Origin: an uncultured Porticoccaceae bacterium
GTDB lineage: Bacteria; Pseudomonadota; Gammaproteobacteria; Pseudomonadales; Porticoccaceae
Direction: 5' to 3'
NCBI GenBank assembly: GCA_965659315.1
Contig: CBFHVP010000003.1
Coordinates: 1-58,312, forward strand
DNA length: 58,312 nucleotides
Positions within the stretch are counted from its first letter, which is position 1. Every line of letters starts with the position of its first letter. The notes below the pieces were generated by a model. It saw nothing but the letters and a program-made list of their open reading frames with translations, searched no databases and had not been told where the DNA came from. Positions 46,484 to 54,212 of the stretch are shown here, piece by piece. Made by a program: the position numbers and the translations under genes.

Positions 46484-48037
46484 ATGACTGAACGTACGGG
46501 GCGAAGAAGAGCAGGAAGAGAGGCCGGTGGCCGCGAAGGGCGCCGTGAGGCTCGTGCTAACGCGACGGTTAAGGCGCCGCCTTTTATCGAACGCAAAATC
46601 CCTTTTGTGGATTATCTTAGCGATGAGAGTTTGCAACTGATCGAGGATAATGCAGATACCATTTTGGAAGAAATCGGTATCGATTTCCTTGATGATCCCG
46701 AAGCGTTGGAGATGTGGAAAGACGCGGGCGCCGATGTGCAGGGCACGCGAGTGCACTTTCCCAAGGGGCTATGTCGCTCTATTATTCAGGCTACCGCGCC
46801 CAAGGAATATACCCAGCATGCACGCAACCCCGATCGCAATGTCATTATTGGTGGCAAGCGCACGGTATTGGTGCCGGCCTACGGTTCGCCGTTTGTGCAT
46901 GATATAGATCAGGGGCGTCGCTACGCCACCATCGAGGATTTTCAAAATTTCGTTAAGCTCGCCTATATGGCCCCTGGTTTGCACCACTCTGGCGGTACCA
47001 TCTGTGAGCCAGTGGATCTACCGGTAAACAAACGCCATTTTGATATGGTCTACAGCCATTTTAAGTACAGTGATAAGCCCTTAATGGGTTCGGTCACTCA
47101 TCATGAGCGCGCTCAAGATACCGTCGATATGGCTAAATTGGTGTTTGGTGATGAGTTTGTTGACCAGAATTGCGTGTTAACCAGCCTTATCAATGTTAAC
47201 TCGCCTATGACTTATGACGCTACTATGTTGGGCTCTCTTAAAGTCTATGCACGCAATAATCAGGCGACAGTGATCTCACCCTTTATCTTAGCCGGTGCCA
47301 TGTCGCCAGTAACTGCCGCCGGCACGGTGACACAAATACTTGCAGAAGCTCTGGCGGGTATTGCCTTTACCCAGCTTTGTCGGCCCGGGGCACCGGTTGT
47401 TTTTGGCACCTTTGCCGCGGCAGTATCGATGGCGACGGGTGCGCCCACCTTTGGTACGCCAGAGCCAAGTCAGGTGATCTACGCGGCAGCGGCATTGGCC
47501 CGACGGTTGGGTGTTCCGTTTAGAAGTGGTGGGGGCCTGACGGGCTCCAAATTACCGGATGCTCAGGCGGCCTATGAAGCGGCCAATACATTGCAAACCA
47601 GTGCCTTGGCCGGCGTTAACTTTATGCTTCATACCGCTGGTTGGCTAGAGGGCGGCCTAGCGATGGGTTATGAAAAATTTATTATGGACTGTGATCAGGC
47701 CAGCATGATTTCTGTGCTGCTATCCGGTATGGATGTGTCTGAGAACGGGCAGGCTCTTGATGCTGTGCGTGAGGTCGGCCCCGGCAAACATTATCTCGGC
47801 TCTGCTCACACCTTGAAGAATTTTGAAACGGCTTTTTATCGCTCCACTGTTGCCGACAATAATAGTTATGAGCAGTGGCAGGCAGATGGTTCTCTGGATA
47901 CCGCGCAGCGCGCTAATCAGCTGTGGAAAAAAATGCTTAATGAGTATCAGGTGCCAGCCATCGATCCGGCTGTTGATGAGGCATTATTAGACTTTATGGC
48001 GCAGCGCAAGGGCTCGTTTGAAGACCGAGATTATTGA
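46484..48037 (+). CDS. Non-pyrrolysine MttB-superfamily corrinoid methyltransferase (MT1), probably glycine betaine-specific (MtgB-like)
   Basis: ILEEIGIDF, ARNP, PAYGSPF, CEPVD, NVNSPM, GAMSPVT, GAPTFGTPE, FRSGG, SKLPDAQA, LHTAGWLE, YEKF and VGPGKHYL; no in-frame amber codon. Confidence 0.9.
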   Translation: MTERTGRRRAGREAGGREGRREARANATVKAPPFIERKIPFVDYLSDESLQLIEDNADTILEEIGIDFLDDPEALEMWKDAGADVQGTRVHFPKGLCRSIIQATAPKEYTQHARNPDRNVIIGGKRTVLVPAYGSPFVHDIDQGRRYATIEDFQNFVKLAYMAPGLHHSGGTICEPVDLPVNKRHFDMVYSHFKYSDKPLMGSVTHHERAQDTVDMAKLVFGDEFVDQNCVLTSLINVNSPMTYDATMLGSLKVYARNNQATVISPFILAGAMSPVTAAGTVTQILAEALAGIAFTQLCRPGAPVVFGTFAAAVSMATGAPTFGTPEPSQVIYAAAALARRLGVPFRSGGGLTGSKLPDAQAAYEAANTLQTSALAGVNFMLHTAGWLEGGLAMGYEKFIMDCDQASMISVLLSGMDVSENGQALDAVREVGPGKHYLGSAHTLKNFETAFYRSTVADNNSYEQWQADGSLDTAQRANQLWKKMLNEYQVPAIDPAVDEALLDFMAQRKGSFEDRDY

Positions 48038-48064
48038 GTAATAGTTTATTGAGGGTGACATCCT

Positions 48065-48763
48065 ATGTCCGATGAAGACGATATCGTATTAGCTGAGTTA
48101 TCTGACCAAGATTTAGTGTTGCAGATGCATGATGATCTCTATGATGGTTTAAAAGAAGAGATCGAAGAGGGGACCAGTATCTTGCTAGAGCGCGGTTGGT
48201 CAGCAGAGAAAGTATTAAGTGAAGCGCTGGTCGATGGTATGACCGTTGTTGGTATTGATTTCCGCGACGGTATTTTATTTGTACCAGAGGTGTTGCTTGC
48301 CGCCAATGCAATGAAAGGCGGTATGGCTATCCTCAAACCATTGTTAGCAGAGACCGGCGCCAAGCCAGTCGGCACTATGGTGATTGGTACGGTTAAAGGT
48401 GATATCCATGATATCGGTAAAAACCTTGTGGCTATGATGATGGAGGGTGCTGGATTTGAGGTGCATGATATGGGCATCAATAATTCCGTTGAAGACTATA
48501 TCGCCACATTGGAGCGTCATAAACCCGATATTTTGGGTATGTCGGCATTGCTGACCACCACCATGCCCTATATGAAAGTGGTGATTGATGCACTGAAAGA
48601 TCAAGGTCTGCGTGATAAATATATCGTTATGGTGGGCGGGGCGCCACTCAATGAGGAATTTGGTACGGCAGTGGGTGCGGATGCATACTGTCGTGATGCA
48701 GCAGATGCGGCAACCACTGCCATTCGTCTGGTAACTGAGCGCAGAGCGTTAGCGTCGGCGTAA
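48065..48763 (+). CDS. Stand-alone corrinoid (B12-binding) protein: cap plus Rossmann domain
   Basis: GM..VG..F....FVPEV (cap), GDIHDIGKNLV (DxHxxG), SALLTTT and VGGAP. Confidence 0.95.
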   Translation: MSDEDDIVLAELSDQDLVLQMHDDLYDGLKEEIEEGTSILLERGWSAEKVLSEALVDGMTVVGIDFRDGILFVPEVLLAANAMKGGMAILKPLLAETGAKPVGTMVIGTVKGDIHDIGKNLVAMMMEGAGFEVHDMGINNSVEDYIATLERHKPDILGMSALLTTTMPYMKVVIDALKDQGLRDKYIVMVGGAPLNEEFGTAVGADAYCRDAADAATTAIRLVTERRALASA

Positions 48764-49383
48764 TGGGAGCAAAAAGTGCTCAGCCAAGGCTGCTAATAAT
48801 TGCCTGCGGTGCACTGGCTCATGAGATTGTTTATCTGCAAAAAATAAATCGCTGGAGTTCTGTTGACCTGCAATGTCTCGATGCTGAGTTACACAACCAA
48901 CCTAAGCTCATTCCACAAAAGCTGCGGGCGGTTATAGATAGAAATTACTCCAAATACGAGCGCATTTTTATTGCGTATGGCGACTGTGGCACAGGCGGTG
49001 AGATTGATCGCCTGATAGAGAGCTATAGTGACAGAATAGAGCGTTTGCCAGGTGCTCATTGTTACTCGTTCTATGCTGGCGAGGAGCGATTTAGACAATT
49101 ATCTGAGCAACAGTTGGGTACGTTTTACCTCACCGATTTTTTGGTTGAACATTTTGATCGACTCGTTATCAAGGGATTGAAATTGGATCAGCATAGAGAG
49201 TTGCGTGATCAGTATTTTGCTGGCTATCAGCTCGTTGTTTATTTGTCGCAGCGCCTAGATGACCAATTGCTGGATAAAGCCAGAGCCGCTGCAGAGTTTC
49301 TGGGGCTGGCCTTTCGTCACCAACACTGTGGCTATGGTGACTTGGAAACAAGCTTACACGAGCAAGTGCTTCGAGTTAGTTAA
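48763..49383 (+). CDS. DUF1638-family protein
   Basis: LIIACGAL, LHNQP, YGDCGTGG, HCY and GTFYLTDF pattern; TAATG coupling to the corrinoid gene. Confidence 0.82.
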   Translation: MGAKSAQPRLLIIACGALAHEIVYLQKINRWSSVDLQCLDAELHNQPKLIPQKLRAVIDRNYSKYERIFIAYGDCGTGGEIDRLIESYSDRIERLPGAHCYSFYAGEERFRQLSEQQLGTFYLTDFLVEHFDRLVIKGLKLDQHRELRDQYFAGYQLVVYLSQRLDDQLLDKARAAAEFLGLAFRHQHCGYGDLETSLHEQVLRVS

Positions 49384-49395
49384 GAGAGAAACAGT

Positions 49396-49704
49396 ATGCA
49401 AAAAATTGAAGTGTTGTGGCGCGACATTCCTGCTCAGGTACTAGTGAAAAGTGGTCGTGTGCGAGGTAAAGCCATGCTGAGTCATCGCTTTCAGGCTGCT
49501 ATTGATCGTGCCGCCATGCGTGCCGGCAAGGGCGGCAGTGATGAGTATTTAGAGGACTGGCGCCGTATCACCACGTCATTTGAGGCTGAGGGTAATGCGC
49601 AAGAATTAGCGCAGCAGTTCGCCGATGCTATCGAAGCCGCTTACTCTAATGCCGATATAGCAGCACTGGTGGCCAGCAAGGGCCTTGCGGTTAAATCAGG
49701 ATGA
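49396..49704 (+). CDS. Small conserved protein resembling the 'Virulence_fact' (CvfC-related) domain family
   Basis: WRDIPAQV...LSHRFQAAIDRAAM...YLEDWRR pattern; in-operon, ATGA overlap with the next gene. Confidence 0.7.
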   Translation: MQKIEVLWRDIPAQVLVKSGRVRGKAMLSHRFQAAIDRAAMRAGKGGSDEYLEDWRRITTSFEAEGNAQELAQQFADAIEAAYSNADIAALVASKGLAVKSG

Positions 49705-50168
49705 AAATGGTCCGCTACTGGTCGGTTAACAATGCTCGCTGGCTGCGCTGGGTTTATCGTAGCCTTGAAGCCTGTCTGGTAATTGCACACCCATTGCTTA
49801 AAAGGGTTGGCTATCAGCGGCTTGACTCAGGTGTCGCTGGCATTGAAAAGCTGGTTAAAGGCTTTTTGTTCGATTCGCAATCCTGTGGCCAGTGCACTCT
49901 CGGTGAAACAGGTATGGCTTGTCCAATGAACTGTCCCAAGACGCTGCGCAATGGCCCCTGTGGTGGTGTGTGCAGTAATGGTCACTGCGAGGTAGACCCA
50001 GATATGGTTTGTGTTTGGGTAACATCTTGGCAGGGTAGTCAACGCATTGGCGCCCCCGAAACCACTATTCAGGTGATACAGCCACCGGTTGATGTGCGTC
50101 TCAAGGGCAGTAGTGCTTGGTTGCGTGCAGTGAAAAAGAAAGTGGGGTGGATCGATGATATTCGATGA
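49701..50168 (+). CDS. MetV-like Cys-rich MTHFR accessory subunit (MTHFR C-terminal domain family)
   Basis: CGQC...CPMNCPKTLRNGPCGG...CEV....CVW motif; overlaps the metF start. Confidence 0.85.
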   Translation: MKMVRYWSVNNARWLRWVYRSLEACLVIAHPLLKRVGYQRLDSGVAGIEKLVKGFLFDSQSCGQCTLGETGMACPMNCPKTLRNGPCGGVCSNGHCEVDPDMVCVWVTSWQGSQRIGAPETTIQVIQPPVDVRLKGSSAWLRAVKKKVGWIDDIR

Positions 50169-51141
50169 CGAGCCACTGGCTGGTGAAAACCTGCCCATAT
50201 TGCCGGGGCATGATTCACCTGGCCGTTTTGAGCGCGTATTGCGCGCGGGTCACTTTGCGGTAACAGCGGAAATAGCACCGCCTGACTCATCTGATCCATA
50301 TGAAGTATATGAGCGAGCGGCTTTATTTGATGGCTATGTAGACGCTATAAATGCCACAGATGGATCCGGTGCCAACTGCCATATGTCCAGTGTTGGTATG
50401 TGTGCGTTGCTCACTCGCCGAGGCTATTCGATGATTATGCAAATATCCTGTCGTGATAAAAATCGTATCGCCATGCAGGGTGATGTGCTAGGTGCCTCTG
50501 CCATGGGCGTGTCTAATATTCTCTGCCTTACTGGTGATGGCGTGCAGTCTGGTGATCATCCAGAAGCCAAGCCGGTGTTTGATATGGACTGTATGACCAG
50601 TCTGCAAATGTTGTGCGGCATGCGCGATAAGGGGCAGTTTCTCAGTGGGCGTAAAATTACCTCGCCGCCGCAAGTGTTCCTGGGTGCGGCGGCCAATCCA
50701 TTTGCCCCGCCATTTGACTATCGTCCATTACGCCTAGCAAAAAAGGTTGCTGCTGGTGCGCAATTTGTGCAGACCCAATACTGCTTTGATATTGCAATGC
50801 TCAAGGATTACATGACCAAGGTGCGCGAGTTGGGATTGCACAAAAAAGTGTTTATTTTGCCTGGCGTTGGACCTTTGGCTTCGGCTAAGTCCGCGGAGTG
50901 GATACGCAGCAATGTGGCCGGAGTGCATATTCCCGACGCCATCATTAAGCGGCTGTCGGGTGCCAAAGATCAAAAGCAAGAGGGCGTTAATATCTGTATT
51001 GATATGATCAATCAAATCCGCGAAATAGAAGGTGTCAGTGGGGTGCATATTATGGCCTACCGACAGGAACAGCGGATTGCAGAAATTGTAGAAAAAACTC
51101 AGGTGTTAGGGGATCGAATGCCCTGGCATCCCAATCGATAA
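50155..51141 (+). CDS. metF: Methylenetetrahydrofolate reductase, MetVF type
   Basis: VTAEIAPP, NATD, QISCRDKNRIA, LCLTGD, KKVAAGAQFVQTQ and GVHIM. Confidence 0.92.
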   Translation: MIFDDEPLAGENLPILPGHDSPGRFERVLRAGHFAVTAEIAPPDSSDPYEVYERAALFDGYVDAINATDGSGANCHMSSVGMCALLTRRGYSMIMQISCRDKNRIAMQGDVLGASAMGVSNILCLTGDGVQSGDHPEAKPVFDMDCMTSLQMLCGMRDKGQFLSGRKITSPPQVFLGAAANPFAPPFDYRPLRLAKKVAAGAQFVQTQYCFDIAMLKDYMTKVRELGLHKKVFILPGVGPLASAKSAEWIRSNVAGVHIPDAIIKRLSGAKDQKQEGVNICIDMINQIREIEGVSGVHIMAYRQEQRIAEIVEKTQVLGDRMPWHPNR

Positions 51142-51156
51142 TGTCTGGAGACTAGC

Positions 51157-52050
51157 ATGACCATCACGACAATTAGTTCCGCCACCAAAGAAGTCAAAAT
51201 AGGCTTTGACCAGCCTTTTGTTATTATTGGCGAGCGTATTAATCCCACCGGTCGCAAAATCTTGGCTGAAGAAATGAAGGTGGGTGATTACAGTCGCGTG
51301 GAGGCCGATGCCTTAGCGCAGGTGGCTGCAGGTGCACAGATGCTAGATGTTAATGCCGGTATCCCGCTAGCTGATGAGCCGCGTATTCTTGCCGAGTCTA
51401 TTCAGTTGGTACAGTCAATTACTGATGTGCCGTTAAGCATTGATTCGTCGATAATTGAGGCGCTTGAAGCGGGTCTCTCGGTTTACCAGGGTAAAGCACT
51501 GGTCAATTCCGTTACTGGAGAAGATGAGGTGCTAGAGCGGGTATTACCTTTAGTGGCGAAGTATGGTGCTTCAGTCGTCGCTATCTCCAATGATGAAACG
51601 GGTATTTCTGAAGATCCAGATGAGCGCTTTGCCGTGGCCAAAAAGATTGTTGAGCGGGCGGCTGATCATGGTATCCACTACAGTGATGTTGTGGTAGATC
51701 CACTAGTGATGCCAATTGGCGCGATTAATACCGCGGGTTTACAGGTGATGCATGTGGTGCGTCGTCTGCGTGAAGAGCTGAAAGTGAATACCACCTGCGG
51801 TGCCTCCAATGTCAGCTTTGGATTACCTAACCGCAATGGTATCAATAGCGCATTTTTGACTATGGCTATGGGCGCGGGTATGACCTCAGCGATCACCAGT
51901 CCGTTGCACCCAGAAGTTATGGCTGCGGTACGTGGTGGTGATGTGATGATGGGGCATGATCCCAATTGTGCGAACTGGATTCAAGCCTACCGGGAACCCG
52001 CCGCCGAAGGCGAGGGTCGTGCGCGGGGCGGTCGTAGACGACGAGGGTAA
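51157..52050 (+). CDS. Pterin-binding methyltetrahydrofolate:corrinoid methyltransferase (MT2; AcsE/MetH folate-domain type)
   Basis: IIGERINPTG, GAQMLDVNAG, PLSIDS, VNSV, VVDP and GASNVSFGLP; GGAG RBS. Confidence 0.92.
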   Translation: MTITTISSATKEVKIGFDQPFVIIGERINPTGRKILAEEMKVGDYSRVEADALAQVAAGAQMLDVNAGIPLADEPRILAESIQLVQSITDVPLSIDSSIIEALEAGLSVYQGKALVNSVTGEDEVLERVLPLVAKYGASVVAISNDETGISEDPDERFAVAKKIVERAADHGIHYSDVVVDPLVMPIGAINTAGLQVMHVVRRLREELKVNTTCGASNVSFGLPNRNGINSAFLTMAMGAGMTSAITSPLHPEVMAAVRGGDVMMGHDPNCANWIQAYREPAAEGEGRARGGRRRRG

Positions 52051-52066
52051 GAGTATTTTGCAACAG

Positions 52067-54073
52067 ATGGTCAAGGTCGTTTTTACCCCCTCTGGTCGAC
52101 GCGGTAGTTTCCCCGTCAACACGCCGCTATTACATGCGGCACGGGTATTGGGGGTCGATATTGATTCAGTCTGTGGCGGCCGCGGCCTCTGTGGTCGATG
52201 TCAGGTTATCTGTGCCGAGGGTTCTTTTGCCAAACATCAGATTGAGTCCGACAGTAGTCATTTATCACCCATTTGTGCGACCGAAATTAAGTACGGCGAA
52301 CGCAAAACGCCATTGGCCACCGGTCGGCGCCTGAGTTGTCATACATTGCTGCTGGATGATGTGGTTATCGATGTGCCACCAGAAAGTCAGGTTCATCGGC
52401 AAGTGGTGCGCAAAGAAGCTGAATATCGTGACATCAGTCTTGATCCCTCTACGCGACTGTATTACGTGGAGGTCGAAGAGGCCGATATGCATGTGCCTAA
52501 AGGCGATCTACAGCGGCTGACCGACGCATTGGATCAGCAATGGGGCCTGACAAATCTCAGTTGCGACAACCTGTTATTAAAATCCTTGCAGCCGGCTCTA
52601 GCGGTTGCTAAGCGTGGTATTACCCTGGCCGTACACAGTAACCAAAAAATCATCGCGCTGTGGCCAGGCTTTAAAGATACTGCTTTTGGCGTGGCGGTAG
52701 ACATAGGTTCGACTACGCTTGCCGCGCATCTCTGTGATTTATCGACTGGCGAGATACTTGGTAGTGCAAGTCAGATGAATCCGCAGATTCGATTCGGCGA
52801 AGATTTAATGAGTCGTGTCTCTTATGTGATGATGAATCCCGAAGGCGCAGAGGAAATGACTTTAGTTATTCGTGAGGCGTTGAATAACTTGTTTACCCAA
52901 GTTGCGATGCAGGCTGAATTAGAGCTGGAGGATATTGTCGAAGTATCTTTGGTGGCCAATCCAATTATGCACCATATTCTACTGGGTATTAGCCCTGTGG
53001 AATTAGGGGGCGCGCCTTTTGCACTGGCTACCGATGCCGCGGTTGAAATGACCGTCAGTGAAATGGCTTTCAATATTAATGCGACAGGGCGTGTCTATAT
53101 ACTGCCTTGTATTGCCGGTCATGTCGGTGCAGATACGGCAGGTATGATTCTCTCTGAGGCGCCTCAAGAGCAGGACCAGATGACGCTGTTGGTGGATGTG
53201 GGAACCAATGCAGAAATTGTTCTTGGCAATCGCTATCGATTGTTAGCCTGCTCTAGCCCCACGGGGCCAGCGTTTGAGGGTGCACAAATTAGCTGTGGAC
53301 AGCGAGCGGCAACGGGGGCCATTGAGCGTGTGCGTATTGATCCGCAAACGCTAGAGCCGCGTTTTAAAGTGATTGGTTCAGAGTTGTGGTCGGATGAGCA
53401 AGGGTTTGATGATGTGTTACAGAGTCAACCTGTAACCGGTATCTGTGGCTCCGGCATTATTGAAGTGGTCGCGGAAATGTATCTATCAGGTATTGTCACT
53501 GAAGATGGTATTATCGATGGTGAACTCGCCCTGCGCAGTCAGCGAATTGTGCAAAATGATCGCACATGGTCTTATCTATTACACCAGTCCGGCAACGATG
53601 CACCTCAGATTATGGTAACTCAAAATGATATTCGCCAAATCCAACTGGCCAAAGCAGCGCTCTATGCAGGTGTTAAATTACTCATGGATCATATTGGTAT
53701 TGATAGGGTTGAGCGTATTCGTTTGGCGGGGGCTTTTGGCAGTCATATTAATGTGCAACATGCCATGGTCTTGGGTTTAATTCCCGATTGTGTATTAGAC
53801 AGTGTTTCGTCAGCTGGAAATGCCGCGGGTACTGGAGCTCGCATCGCTCTGCTCAACCAAAAATCCAGACACCTTATTGAGACAGTCGTAAAAAATATCG
53901 AAAAAATTGAAACTGCCATAGAACCCAAGTTTCAAGATTACTTTGTCGACGCCATGGCTTTTCCCAACAAAAAAGATCCATTCGCAAATTTATTTTCTGT
54001 TGTCAAAAAACCGCCATCGAAGGTTATTAGCGATACTGCTAGCAGCGCACGAAAACGTCGTCGACGACAATAA
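52067..54073 (+). CDS. ATP-dependent reductive activator of corrinoid proteins (RamA/RACo; 2Fe-2S + ASKHA). Start is ATG 52067 or TTG 52058.
   Basis: CGGRGLCGRC...RLSC ferredoxin, DIGSTT, NPQ..FGED..SR, GHVGAD, DVGTNAE, GPAFEG, GICGSG, LAGAFG and GNAAG. Confidence 0.92.
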   Translation: MVKVVFTPSGRRGSFPVNTPLLHAARVLGVDIDSVCGGRGLCGRCQVICAEGSFAKHQIESDSSHLSPICATEIKYGERKTPLATGRRLSCHTLLLDDVVIDVPPESQVHRQVVRKEAEYRDISLDPSTRLYYVEVEEADMHVPKGDLQRLTDALDQQWGLTNLSCDNLLLKSLQPALAVAKRGITLAVHSNQKIIALWPGFKDTAFGVAVDIGSTTLAAHLCDLSTGEILGSASQMNPQIRFGEDLMSRVSYVMMNPEGAEEMTLVIREALNNLFTQVAMQAELELEDIVEVSLVANPIMHHILLGISPVELGGAPFALATDAAVEMTVSEMAFNINATGRVYILPCIAGHVGADTAGMILSEAPQEQDQMTLLVDVGTNAEIVLGNRYRLLACSSPTGPAFEGAQISCGQRAATGAIERVRIDPQTLEPRFKVIGSELWSDEQGFDDVLQSQPVTGICGSGIIEVVAEMYLSGIVTEDGIIDGELALRSQRIVQNDRTWSYLLHQSGNDAPQIMVTQNDIRQIQLAKAALYAGVKLLMDHIGIDRVERIRLAGAFGSHINVQHAMVLGLIPDCVLDSVSSAGNAAGTGARIALLNQKSRHLIETVVKNIEKIETAIEPKFQDYFVDAMAFPNKKDPFANLFSVVKKPPSKVISDTASSARKRRRRQ

Positions 54074-54212
54074 TTTTGGATTAAATAAAATCTCAATTTA
54101 GCTAAAAAAACCTTCTTTAAAATTGATTTATTAGCCTATAATCAAGTGCTTTGATCGATGTTTGTATTGTGTATTGAGGCATATAATAATTACAAAACCA
54201 TAACAAGAGATT

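Noticed and set aside
46484-46570. Twin-arginine (Tat) signal on the MttB protein
   Set aside because: The RRR is not followed by a hydrophobic h-region, and the corrinoid/THF partners are cytoplasmic.
46484-48037. Pyrrolysine-containing trimethylamine methyltransferase
   Set aside because: The ORF is uninterrupted, with no in-frame TAG, and there are no pyl genes in the window.
51956-52066. N-terminal extension of RACo overlapping MT2 by 95 bp
   Set aside because: This is an ORF-caller artefact; the ferredoxin domain starts at VKVVFTPSG, just after TTG 52058 / ATG 52067.
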